A DNA stretch of 64,000 nucleotides from a virus. Its lineage: Duplodnaviria; Caudoviricetes. Where the stretch lies: the IMG/VR virus record IMGVR_UViG_3300031994_000033, positions 1 through 64,000 of that record; one strand, given 5' to 3'. The notes under the pieces were generated by a model, which was not told the DNA's origin, did not search any database, and worked only from the letters and a program-made list of their open reading frames with translations. Numbering within the stretch: the stretch's first letter is position 1; every line of letters starts with the position of its first letter. The position numbers and the translations under genes are program-made. Below, piece by piece: positions 48,645 to 57,913 of the stretch.

Positions 48645-51600
48645 ATGCCTGTTAAATGGTCAAGTCCCGGAATCGGATTTTCCGAAATAGATAATACTGT
48701 CCGTCCAAACGCTGATCCGGGCGACGGAATCGGCGCTATCGTGATCAACGCGAACCGTGGCTATCCTAACCAGCGTGTTCTCTGCACTACGATCGACAAG
48801 TTCCACGAATTCTTCGGAACTCCTGACGATCCTAATCAGTTTGGACACTTCGCTGCTCAGGTATACTTCGAACAGGGCGGAGCTACACAGCTTCTCGCCG
48901 TCAGAGCTACGCAGGGCGATGAGGGATATGCTCAGATCCAGTACCCGTATACTGACTCGACAGACAAGAATCACGAGCAGAATGTCGAGGTATTGAGCTA
49001 TGTCGACAACGAGCTCGAGAACCAGATCAAGATGATCAACGCGATCAACACTGTCGATGCTACTGACGAGAACTACTACAATCCAGCTGTAGCTAGCGCA
49101 AACGGATTCGAAGCATACACAGCGAACGGCAAGACATTCGACTTCTATGGATCTTCTAAGCAGCTTCTCGTGAACGACATCTACGAGGACTTCTACGGAA
49201 ACTCCATCAAGAACGAGTATGTCTATCGTGACATGGGAGAAGAAAACGGCGTAGTCGATGGACGCGCATTCGTCCTCGAGAATATCAAGGGCAGCACCTT
49301 CGCTCCGCCTAAGATGTTCGCTATGCCGAATGACGCTTACTCTGCTACAGTCTATGACCGTTCGAAGGGAAACGTATCTAAGAACGACATTTACTACAAT
49401 CAGTATCAGAATCAGCCAGTCGTTTCTGAAAGCGCCTCTTACTATCCGACTATGATTCACGTTCCTTCTGTCTATTCTCTTGACGGAAAAGACACTGATC
49501 TAACGATCTACACCAGCGCAAAGTTCGAAGAAGACACTAGCTTCAATCAGCTCCTAGCTACGAGCGCTATGCTGACATCGCTAAAGAATCTCGATGGCGT
49601 GTCGACAACTATAGATGCTGGTACAAATGTCTGCAAGGCAGACATCGTAGACTGGGACGATATGCTGACTAAGACATTCACAGTCACTAAGGAAGACTGG
49701 GATAAGCGAAAGGACGTCATCGGCATCAAGTTTACAGAGTATGGCACGGCAGACAGCCGCTATCTTCTCGTTCTAGCCGATCCAGCGCCTAGCGTCACAA
49801 AGTGCAGCAAAGCTGACAACGCTGAGCTCAACGAGATCGCTAGCGATTACGCAGTCGATGTCTCGGATATCGCTAACGACAAGTACGCTATTCTGACTTA
49901 TGTTCTCTCTAGAGACGAACTAGAAGAGAAGCAGAAGATGCTGATCGTCGTAAACAAGGAGCTATACTCCGAAAAGACTGACGAAGAGACTGGCGTCGAG
50001 AATCTTCAAAACGCAGCTGTCACTTACAAGAACACTTGGGCTCTCTATCTCGATTATGCGACTAAGAAGTTCACAGTCGCTTCCAACTATGGCGTAGGCT
50101 CTCCTAAGGAAGCTATCAAGCCTTGGCAGGTCAGCTTCGACGGCGACGAAGAAGTGAATCCGCTCTATGCGATCTCGTCAACAGAAGTATTCTCTGATCC
50201 GACTGGAATCTGGAAAGACGGCTATACTGCATCTTGCAAGTATGACGGCGAGCCAGGTAACGGCGACATAGAGATGTACAGATCTGGAAAGTCGAATCAG
50301 CTCATCATCGGAGCTATCGGACCGGGTAAGTACGGAAACGATGTCGGCATCTCGATCATCACTCCTGAAGCTGCTCTAGTTCCAGCTCTCTATGGTCAGA
50401 ACGCTTTCTCTTGGCTCTACAAGTATGACGATGAAGACAAGGTCAACGACTCCGGACTTGACTATAGAAGCAATCCGAACGATCTGACCTGGAAGAAGGT
50501 CTACAAGATCAACGTCTATGTCAAGGCTCCTTCTAAGACTCAGTCTGTCTGGGGCTTCGGTCTTGACGCTCTGATGAGCTCTCCGGTCGAGTCATGGCTC
50601 GTGTCTAACGACCCGAACGCTAAGGATGAGAACGGCAACAGCCTCTGGGCTCCTTACGTGATCAACGGCAACTCGCAGTTCATCTACGTGTCCAAGAAGT
50701 CAGTCGAAGCTGCAGTAGACTACAAGGGCAACTACGCTATGCCCGATATGACCTGGTCGATCTATCAGATGACCGGCGGTTCTAACTCTAAGCTGAACAA
50801 TGTCAAGGAGAAGACGAAGTGCTTGGATCTCTACAAGAACAGAAAGAAGGCTTACTTCGACTATCTGTTCAACGTCGAGCCGATCGACAGCTTCTCTGGC
50901 AAGCAGAAGTACATGGCTATGCAGAACAGAATCGGACAGATCGCTTCTTCGAGAAAGATGGACCTTGGTATCATCCAGTGCACATCTAAGGAAGCTAAGA
51001 CGATCCGTCTCAAGCTCTCAGAGGGTAAGATGTTCAGCTTCGCTGACGGCTCTTACGTGGCTGGCTATGACGACTATGACTCCTACTTCGATCCGTTCAC
51101 TTCGACTTGGGTGATGCTGCCCAGATCAGTAGCGGGCGCAGTAGCTTGCTGCTACATAGACAACTTCGACAAGCCTTGGATGGCTCCTGCTGGCGTCGCT
51201 AACGGTCGAATCGCTTACTCAGATCATTCGATGGTCAGACTCGATGACGACGAGTTCGGTCAGCTCTACAACATTCATGTCAACAGCACCATGAACTATC
51301 CTGGCTACGGAGAAGTCCTCATGGGTCAGAAGACGATGTTGAAGAAAGAGTCTGCATTGAACAGAATCGACGTCCGTAAGCTCTGCAACTACATCGAGAA
51401 GAGACTCGAGAACAAGCTTCTTCCGTATCTCTATCAGAAGAACACGACGACAAACCGCTCTTCTATGAGAACCGCAGTCGACAGCTTCCTCGGAAGAATT
51501 CAGGCTGGTCAGGGAATCATTAGCCGTAATGTTGAAGTCGTTCCGGATCAGAAGGATACGCACTTGGTCTACGTGAACATCAAGTTTGTTCCGGCTGAGT

Positions 51601-51683
51601 CTATCGAGAGAATCGAGGTCACTTTGATCCTCAACAGAGAAACTGGATCGATCACTCCGGTCGAGTCCACATCTCGAATCTAA
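48645..51683 (+). CDS. Tail sheath protein, T4 gp18-like (enlarged)
   Basis: SPGIGFSEID, FGTP, PGKYGN, PWMAPAG, GQKT..SALNRIDVRKL, FVPAESIERI. Confidence 0.92.
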   Translation: MPVKWSSPGIGFSEIDNTVRPNADPGDGIGAIVINANRGYPNQRVLCTTIDKFHEFFGTPDDPNQFGHFAAQVYFEQGGATQLLAVRATQGDEGYAQIQYPYTDSTDKNHEQNVEVLSYVDNELENQIKMINAINTVDATDENYYNPAVASANGFEAYTANGKTFDFYGSSKQLLVNDIYEDFYGNSIKNEYVYRDMGEENGVVDGRAFVLENIKGSTFAPPKMFAMPNDAYSATVYDRSKGNVSKNDIYYNQYQNQPVVSESASYYPTMIHVPSVYSLDGKDTDLTIYTSAKFEEDTSFNQLLATSAMLTSLKNLDGVSTTIDAGTNVCKADIVDWDDMLTKTFTVTKEDWDKRKDVIGIKFTEYGTADSRYLLVLADPAPSVTKCSKADNAELNEIASDYAVDVSDIANDKYAILTYVLSRDELEEKQKMLIVVNKELYSEKTDEETGVENLQNAAVTYKNTWALYLDYATKKFTVASNYGVGSPKEAIKPWQVSFDGDEEVNPLYAISSTEVFSDPTGIWKDGYTASCKYDGEPGNGDIEMYRSGKSNQLIIGAIGPGKYGNDVGISIITPEAALVPALYGQNAFSWLYKYDDEDKVNDSGLDYRSNPNDLTWKKVYKINVYVKAPSKTQSVWGFGLDALMSSPVESWLVSNDPNAKDENGNSLWAPYVINGNSQFIYVSKKSVEAAVDYKGNYAMPDMTWSIYQMTGGSNSKLNNVKEKTKCLDLYKNRKKAYFDYLFNVEPIDSFSGKQKYMAMQNRIGQIASSRKMDLGIIQCTSKEAKTIRLKLSEGKMFSFADGSYVAGYDDYDSYFDPFTSTWVMLPRSVAGAVACCYIDNFDKPWMAPAGVANGRIAYSDHSMVRLDDDEFGQLYNIHVNSTMNYPGYGEVLMGQKTMLKKESALNRIDVRKLCNYIEKRLENKLLPYLYQKNTTTNRSSMRTAVDSFLGRIQAGQGIISRNVEVVPDQKDTHLVYVNIKFVPAESIERIEVTLILNRETGSITPVESTSRI

Positions 51684-51704
51684 TCGCTCTTATGAAACAA
51701 AAAC

Positions 51705-51733
51705 AGAGCTGCCTAACCACGGCAGCTCTTTCT
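51705..51733 (+). terminator. Intrinsic terminator
   Basis: AGAGCTGCC-7nt-GGCAGCTCT followed by a T-rich tail. Confidence 0.75.
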
Positions 51734-51751
51734 CTTTAATAAATAAGCTAT

Positions 51752-52162
51752 ATGCTAGACATAACGAAATCTCCAGACTTCAAGAGAGTAGGCGACAAGC
51801 TAGACTCTGGCTATTACGACATCAGCTTGTTCAACAATTCTGAAGAATATGAGTGCAAGGGAACTTACGCTATGGACCAGGCGCTAGAGAACATTCTGCT
51901 GACTATTCCGGGAGAGCGTCTATTCAACTTGGAGTTCGGAAGTCCACTGTATCTTCTGCTATTTCAGAAAAACTATGACCAGGACGAACTGCGTGACAAG
52001 ATATATCAGTCGATAGAGAATGCTCTCAGCATAGTGATAGACAGAGACACTTCAGATCTCGGAACAACTGATGATCCGCATGTTCTGCTGATACACTTCA
52101 GATACTCAACTAAGGACGGAGTCATAACTAATCATGAGTTCACTAGACGATTCAGCAAATAG
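51752..52162 (+). CDS. Baseplate wedge protein, gp25-like
   Basis: QALENILLTIPGERLFNLEFGS. Confidence 0.88.
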   Translation: MLDITKSPDFKRVGDKLDSGYYDISLFNNSEEYECKGTYAMDQALENILLTIPGERLFNLEFGSPLYLLLFQKNYDQDELRDKIYQSIENALSIVIDRDTSDLGTTDDPHVLLIHFRYSTKDGVITNHEFTRRFSK

Positions 52163-52541
52163 AGTTGCAAAAGCATATAAGTCGTTCGACATCTCTCAAG
52201 CTCTCAAAGGCAAGCAATGCTCTTATGATCCAGGCACGGATCAGATAACATTGAACTTCGAGACGATAAGGCGTTACCTTGACATATTCAAGATACTTCA
52301 CGAACTAGCTCATCGAGAGCAGAAAGTGCAGATGCTAATCTATGGCGACGAACCACAGATAGAGGTGAGCGCAAATCGGATTGCTTATGAGGCTTACGAG
52401 AAGCTCGGATATCCGCTGACATATGAAGTGACGAGACACATAAACTTCAATAACGTCTATCAGCTAAATCGAGATCTGAGTCAGCGAGAGATAATGCGCA
52501 CGATCGCAGGAAAGAAGGAACTTATATGGCGTCTACCATAA
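52134..52541 (+). CDS. Small HExxH metallopeptidase-like protein
   Basis: ILHELAH..EVSANRIA (ImmA/M78-like pattern). Confidence 0.55.
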   Translation: MSSLDDSANRVAKAYKSFDISQALKGKQCSYDPGTDQITLNFETIRRYLDIFKILHELAHREQKVQMLIYGDEPQIEVSANRIAYEAYEKLGYPLTYEVTRHINFNNVYQLNRDLSQREIMRTIAGKKELIWRLP

Positions 52542-53335
52542 TCGAAAACGCAAAACAAGAGCTAAAGAGATTCAACGACATCTCGATCGAGCCCATCGCT
52601 CACAAGTATAGCGACTCGCTAGGAACTAAGTACACTTCCGTTACGACTTTTGTCGGCAAGTTCGCTATCCCTTTTGACAAGACTAGAATGGCTCTAAAGT
52701 GCGCTCTACGGGACGCTAGGCCAGTCAATGAAGTGTTGGATGAGTGGGAACAGAAAGGAGCTTACGCACGCTGTCTAGGCACTGAAGTGCACGCTGTGAT
52801 GGAGCATCTGTGGAAGCAAGACGAGAATAAGCCCGACTACGACGCTATGAGCAAGTTTCCTGGAATGATCGAAGACTTCGAGTACCGCAAAGGAATCTGC
52901 GTTGACTTGTACGAGAAGATGAAGAACGTGTATGAGCCGATCGCGAACGAAGTCATCGTGAACGACTCAGCTCTCGGTCTCTCTGGAACTATCGACTTCG
53001 TGGCTTACAACAAGCGCACTGACACGATCGACATTCTGGACTGGAAGACTTCTAAACAGTTCTCTGTGAGCTCTGGATCGCAGATGATGAAGGATCCGTT
53101 TGGTGAATTTCCGAACACTAATGTGTCCGAGTACAGCCTACAGCTCAGTCTATATAAGTACATCGTGGAGAAGCACACGGACCTGAAGATCAACGAGCTT
53201 CGCCTGTTCCAGATCCCAGGAAAGGGAAAGATGAAGACGATCAAGTGCTACGACATGGTCGACATCCTGAAGACGAAGCTGTTCAACGCAGAGACCTTGT
53301 CGAACGGTGAAATTCTCGAATATACTCAAAAATAA
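52526..53335 (+). CDS. PD-(D/E)xK exonuclease (lambda-exo/Cas4-like fold)
   Basis: SVTTFV, GTEVH, E..GTID..LDWKTS, YSLQLSLY. Confidence 0.85.
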   Translation: MASTIIENAKQELKRFNDISIEPIAHKYSDSLGTKYTSVTTFVGKFAIPFDKTRMALKCALRDARPVNEVLDEWEQKGAYARCLGTEVHAVMEHLWKQDENKPDYDAMSKFPGMIEDFEYRKGICVDLYEKMKNVYEPIANEVIVNDSALGLSGTIDFVAYNKRTDTIDILDWKTSKQFSVSSGSQMMKDPFGEFPNTNVSEYSLQLSLYKYIVEKHTDLKINELRLFQIPGKGKMKTIKCYDMVDILKTKLFNAETLSNGEILEYTQK

Positions 53336-53445
53336 GTATATTTCACTGCATGGACATAGGTAGCAACAATTCATATCCATCAGGCGCTCAGAAAACGGCT
53401 AAAAAGAGAAAAAACTAAGAATTTTTAAGTTTTTCGAGAAAATGG

Positions 53446-53475
53446 GTTTACAAACTCTGCCGAAATACCTATATT
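53446..53475 (+). promoter_or_regulatory. Early promoter
   Basis: gTTTACA-17-TATATT with AAATACC before the -10. Confidence 0.8.
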
Positions 53476-53517
53476 AACAATGTAAAACAAAGATCAACTC
53501 CAACAAGGACCAGAACT

Positions 53518-54039
53518 ATGATCAACACCGCCGCACTTTCCGCCCTAAAGGGAATCCACAACACCGTCAAGATCATCACGACGAAGCAGGGCTCACCTTT
53601 CAACGAAACCAAGAAGAACAAGGCTGCTCTTCTAGAACTCGGCATTGACGTCGACAAGATGGTCAAGGTAACCACTTTCAACTGCTTCGCAGGCTCCGAC
53701 ATCGACTACAATGAACTCTACGAAGAACGCGCTGGCGAGAAGAAAGAGTCTCGCCCGATCAACACCAACAACACTTGGGTTGAAGGACTCGAAGGCATTC
53801 TCATGACCAACGCGACGACTGGCAACAAGCTGCTCCGCATCTACACGGACAACGACCACAAGGCTAAGTCGATCTACATCTACGAAGGTCAGATCTTCGA
53901 CGACTATAAAGAAAAATATGCTGAATATCTCAAGAAGCCCCGAAACATCAACGAGAAGGCTGAAGGACTCTGCCCTATGTCTCTCACCCTTGAAACTATC
54001 ACCTCTATCGAAGTCGATGGCAACAAGATCAAGCTCTAA
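53518..54039 (+). CDS. Hypothetical early protein
   Basis: After the early promoter; AAGGA RBS; hairpin downstream at 54059-54091. Confidence 0.75.
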   Translation: MINTAALSALKGIHNTVKIITTKQGSPFNETKKNKAALLELGIDVDKMVKVTTFNCFAGSDIDYNELYEERAGEKKESRPINTNNTWVEGLEGILMTNATTGNKLLRIYTDNDHKAKSIYIYEGQIFDDYKEKYAEYLKKPRNINEKAEGLCPMSLTLETITSIEVDGNKIKL

Positions 54040-54119
54040 TTTTGTTAAACCGAATAACGAAGTGGCGTCAGACTTAACTTGGCGCCGCTTCTTATTCACA
54101 ACTTAAGGAACACATATCG

Positions 54120-54581
54120 ATGGCAATCGCACGATATAACCTCAAGATCTCCTCCAACGGCAATGTTCTCATTGCTCTTCCTACCACCTCCAAGACCGCT
54201 GGTCACAACGACTGGGTGCTGCCGAGCGATCTAATGACTGCCGAAAATCCGGCAGACGCCGTAAAGAAGCTGTTCGTTCAGCTCACCGGTCGTGAAATCG
54301 ATGAAGTCGCACGCAACAAGCATGCGCTTCAGTACATCCAGCGCGTAGATGACGACAAGGTCAACTACCGCACCGAAGTTGTCTTGGATGAACAGCTTCC
54401 GATGAGCTTCTCCACGAGCTCGCTCACCCGATACGACAAGTCGAGCGGCCTTCGCATTCCGAAGTATGTGAAGTTCAAGTGGGTTCCAGAAGATGAGCTA
54501 TATTACTGGCTCACTCGCCAGTACTGCCGTCTGGAAGATATCCGCATCTCTTACTTCTATCCGGACAATGGGCGTCCGTAA
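54120..54581 (+). CDS. Degenerate NUDIX-fold protein
   Basis: VLIA..WVLP..E..A..K....LTG..KWVP resembles the NUDIX layout but lacks REUXEE. Confidence 0.45.
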   Translation: MAIARYNLKISSNGNVLIALPTTSKTAGHNDWVLPSDLMTAENPADAVKKLFVQLTGREIDEVARNKHALQYIQRVDDDKVNYRTEVVLDEQLPMSFSTSSLTRYDKSSGLRIPKYVKFKWVPEDELYYWLTRQYCRLEDIRISYFYPDNGRP

Positions 54582-54593
54582 TAGGAGAAGATC

Positions 54594-54872
54594 ATGGATA
54601 ACGAAAATCTAAGCCCATTCTTGGAGAGTCAGCAAGAGAAGTTCTTGATGACTAGTGACGAGATTCGCGAGATGGTCGAACAGAAAGACTACAGTGACTC
54701 TCGAAAGCAGATTCAGGGTATGACTCAGCACGAGCTTCAGATTCTCTACTACTGGGGATTTAGAAGCAAGAAGTACATCTTCTGCTCTGCGGCTGCCGGT
54801 CTTCTGAAAGAGCATTACGGCTCTACCCCGAACTATGAACTGTGCTCGGAACGCATGTCCGAGTACACTTAG
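54594..54872 (+). CDS. Hypothetical protein
   Basis: AGGAG RBS. Confidence 0.7.
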   Translation: MDNENLSPFLESQQEKFLMTSDEIREMVEQKDYSDSRKQIQGMTQHELQILYYWGFRSKKYIFCSAAAGLLKEHYGSTPNYELCSERMSEYT

Positions 54873-54898
54873 CTGATTCGGTTCTGTCCAGATCCCGA

Positions 54899-54906
54899 TA
54901 TAAATA
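54899..54906 (+). promoter_or_regulatory. Late promoter TATAAATA
   Basis: Exact consensus upstream of the Hsp20 leader. Confidence 0.75.
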
Positions 54907-55030
54907 ATCTGGACGAAGCAATTGGAAGCGCTTCTCCACTTGAGGCGCTTCTTTTGTATGCACCCGAAGCAGACTGCCTAGGATCAGCTAATCGTCCATA
55001 TCCGTGCAAAATGCACAAGGAAACAATACA

Positions 55031-55489
55031 ATGGATGGAATCATCAATCAAGGTCTAACGCTGGCTGACCAGCTTCAGAATGCGCTCAATCACTTCGATC
55101 ACTATATGCCGTCTCCGTTCGAGAAGGCGATCAAGTCGGAATTCACGCCAAACTGTCACTGGCCATACAACGTCGTAGAGGAAGAAGATGGCTCGATCAC
55201 TTATGAAGTAGCAGTTGTCGGAAAGACTAAAGACGACATCACCGTCACTTCGAAGGAGACTGACACTCTTCCGATGCTGATTATTGAAGTTGAAGACGAC
55301 AAGAACGAGACTAAGCGCAAGATGATCGAAGAGAGAATCAAGCGTGGACATCTCAGACTCGAGATCAGCGTCGAGCCGAAGTATGATCTATCTCAGATCA
55401 AGCCGAAGGTTCAGAACGGTCTGCTGACTGTGAATGTTCCTCTCGCTAAGATTCCAGAACCGAAAGTGACTAAGTACACTATCGAATAA
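55031..55489 (+). CDS. Small heat-shock protein (Hsp20/alpha-crystallin)
   Basis: PYNVVE..YEVAVVGKTKDDI..NGLLTVNVP; start revised to ATG 55031 (AAGGA RBS). Confidence 0.85.
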   Translation: MDGIINQGLTLADQLQNALNHFDHYMPSPFEKAIKSEFTPNCHWPYNVVEEEDGSITYEVAVVGKTKDDITVTSKETDTLPMLIIEVEDDKNETKRKMIEERIKRGHLRLEISVEPKYDLSQIKPKVQNGLLTVNVPLAKIPEPKVTKYTIE

Positions 55490-55494
55490 GGGGC

Positions 55495-56196
55495 ATGATG
55501 GACTTCGCTAGAACAGCTCTAAAGAATCTGACAGATCCTCAGCCCTCTTACGAGTGGACGAGAGCTGCTCTAGTGAATACGATCAATGACTACGTCAGAG
55601 CATCGCTGTTGAGAAATCTGAATAGTTCTTGCTTGGGAGTCAAGGGGACTATTCTATTTCCAAACAGCGCTCCTCTTCCATATTATTATCTTCCAAACTC
55701 TGGTCCTAGTTGCGGTGGAGTGATCTCTTTCACTCCAGGAATAGCTACCGATGCAGACTACGACTCGGTCACAACTAAGACTAGAAACGGAGATAGATCC
55801 TTCTGGGAAAACTATTTCGAGCTGATCGGAAGAACTCTCTTCAGATCGGTCGTCAGCATAGCCCCGATCATTTCTAATGGCAGCTCTTCCACTCCATTTC
55901 CTTATACTGTTGAAACATTGAGCTCAACGAACTCGTACTATCTGACTATAGGAAACGCTTTCACTTTGAACAAGCCGTTGGATGACTGGCGAGCTGCTGG
56001 ACTTGCAGTAGTCCTTCAGATGCAGTCGAGACGCTATCAGGATAGCGAATCAGTATGGAATCTAGTAGGATCTCACGTCAAGCGTATCGCTAACAGAATG
56101 TATCTATGGAGATACTATACTGGATCAATAAAGCGCATCACGGATCCAGCTCCTGGTGTGTTTACTGGACACATATTCGGAAATTTGATTTTTTGA
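55495..56196 (+). CDS. Hypothetical protein
   Basis: 233-aa ORF in an operon. Confidence 0.65.
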   Translation: MMDFARTALKNLTDPQPSYEWTRAALVNTINDYVRASLLRNLNSSCLGVKGTILFPNSAPLPYYYLPNSGPSCGGVISFTPGIATDADYDSVTTKTRNGDRSFWENYFELIGRTLFRSVVSIAPIISNGSSSTPFPYTVETLSSTNSYYLTIGNAFTLNKPLDDWRAAGLAVVLQMQSRRYQDSESVWNLVGSHVKRIANRMYLWRYYTGSIKRITDPAPGVFTGHIFGNLIF

Positions 56197-56208
56197 CTGA
56201 GGTCGATC

Positions 56209-56820
56209 ATGGCAGAGACTATAAACAAGAACGTAAACTTATTCACTAAGAACAAATATGAGCTATCGCTCAGCAACATTCCCAATCTGACCATCATTCC
56301 GGACTCAGAGCTAGATCTGTCTACTTTTACGACTTCAGTCAAAGCTGTTCAGCTACCGAACATCACTAGCAATCTGCTTCACAGCTACTGGCAACACGAA
56401 GATCAGCTTCATCCTAATCCTCAGGGTGCGAGAGAGACGAATACTATCAACGTCACTTGGATGCTAGACTCGAAGTTTCTCAACTACATCATCTTCGCAG
56501 CATGGGCACAGGGCTCGAGATATGGAATTCCAGCTCGAAAGAAAGAAGACGGCTATGACGGTCTTCTACGAGACAACTGCATCGACAGGCTAGACGTATA
56601 CTCGCTAGACAACGCTAAGATGCCTTCCGCTAAGCTGTCGTTCTTCAAGGTTTTCCTGACTGGACTAGGAAACCTCGATCTCGAGTTCGGTGACGCTTCG
56701 ACAGTCACATTCCAGACGACATTCGCTTATCAGAAGTTTGGACTGACTGTGCAACAAAAGATGCCCGACGGCACTTGGGCCATCGAGCCTTTGAAAGGTC
56801 CAGTCGTATCGAAGGTCTAG
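56209..56820 (+). CDS. Tail tube terminator, T4 gp3-like
   Basis: N..KYELSL..VQLPNI..INVTWMLD..W..LDN..FLTGLG..TFAYQ. Confidence 0.7.
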   Translation: MAETINKNVNLFTKNKYELSLSNIPNLTIIPDSELDLSTFTTSVKAVQLPNITSNLLHSYWQHEDQLHPNPQGARETNTINVTWMLDSKFLNYIIFAAWAQGSRYGIPARKKEDGYDGLLRDNCIDRLDVYSLDNAKMPSAKLSFFKVFLTGLGNLDLEFGDASTVTFQTTFAYQKFGLTVQQKMPDGTWAIEPLKGPVVSKV

Positions 56821-57575
56821 ATCTCTGGAAGGAAGAAGTCTGTAGTCAGCGGAACGTCTGCATAGGCCGTATTGCCGCACGAGCATTCGAAGCTGGCTTT
56901 CGCTTTAGCGCCGAACGCGTACTTCTTCAAGTGTGTGATCAGTCTAGCATAGTCCATAGCGCTTCCTTTTCCTCTCACGAAGTATTCATAAGCTTCATAT
57001 AGCGACACAGAGCTGTCGTTTATCTTCTTGATGTGAGAAGCTACCGTCATCATGTCGACATCGATCGTCTCGATATAAGACGGATCGTTCTTGATCTTTG
57101 CGATGTCTATCTCGTCACCAATCGTCGGAAAAGAGACCTCTAGCTTGTCTCCGTTTGGAAGATCGACTTCCGGCTGAAGCTCTTCTTCAGCATATACGAC
57201 GATCAGATTTGACAGCTTGTAGTCATACCAAGCTTCTTTCTTGCACTTCGGACATATTCCTTTGACCTTCATCGGAAAGTCGTTGTAAGTTATCGAGCGA
57301 AGATAGTAGATCAGCCACAGCTTGTCGTTTCGCTTTATGTCTGCAAGATCGATTCCGGTTACTGCTGAAGAGATGACATAGTTGAAGACTCGATCGACAG
57401 TGAGCTTAGTCACTTTTGATAGTTCTTTCATCTCGATAGCGCTAAGCTTTCTCGCATACAGATCGTTCTGATAGTAGCGGCCTCTAGACGGCAGGAGATC
57501 TCTGTTTATCAAGATCCGTCCGCTGGGCTTGGTCTGCGCCTTCGGCATATCTTCACTCTCACGTATAGCTCTCAT
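56817..57575 (-). CDS. Second gp26-like baseplate hub protein
   Basis: LPSRGRYY, IYYLRSITY, CPKC, FPTIGD, CSCG, FFLP. Confidence 0.7.
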   Translation of the reverse strand: MRAIRESEDMPKAQTKPSGRILINRDLLPSRGRYYQNDLYARKLSAIEMKELSKVTKLTVDRVFNYVISSAVTGIDLADIKRNDKLWLIYYLRSITYNDFPMKVKGICPKCKKEAWYDYKLSNLIVVYAEEELQPEVDLPNGDKLEVSFPTIGDEIDIAKIKNDPSYIETIDVDMMTVASHIKKINDSSVSLYEAYEYFVRGKGSAMDYARLITHLKKYAFGAKAKASFECSCGNTAYADVPLTTDFFLPEI

Positions 57576-57600
57576 AGTTGAACTCCTTTTAAGTTACAGA

Positions 57601-57855
57601 TTATTTATGTTTCTTTCTGATCTCTTTCTGCTTCTTTGGCATCTCTGCATTCAGAGACCTTCCAACGATGTCGACTATCGTTCCGTCTGGGCGATATACC
57701 CGGAGAAAGTTATCTCCATTCGTATCTTTCTTCCACTCATATCGATTTACGTCGGTGTGAACTTCGTAATATGTCTTGTCATTGCACACTCGAATCGTTG
57801 TGGCTAGCGCAAATGCAGCAAAGATCGCTAAAATCAGGTAAAATGCTCTATTCAT
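57601..57855 (-). CDS. Small protein with an N-terminal membrane anchor
   Basis: MNRAFYLILAIFAAFALATT; minus-strand late promoter at 57863-57870. Confidence 0.7.
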   Translation of the reverse strand: MNRAFYLILAIFAAFALATTIRVCNDKTYYEVHTDVNRYEWKKDTNGDNFLRVYRPDGTIVDIVGRSLNAEMPKKQKEIRKKHK

Positions 57856-57862
57856 AGTCTAG

Positions 57863-57883
57863 TATTTATATACCGTATAAATA
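57863..57883. promoter_or_regulatory. Back-to-back divergent late promoters
   Basis: TATTTATA (57863-57870, minus strand) and TATAAATA (57876-57883, plus strand). Confidence 0.8.
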
Positions 57884-57913
57884 ATCAAAAAAGCGCAATA
57901 TGGAGAATTTAAC

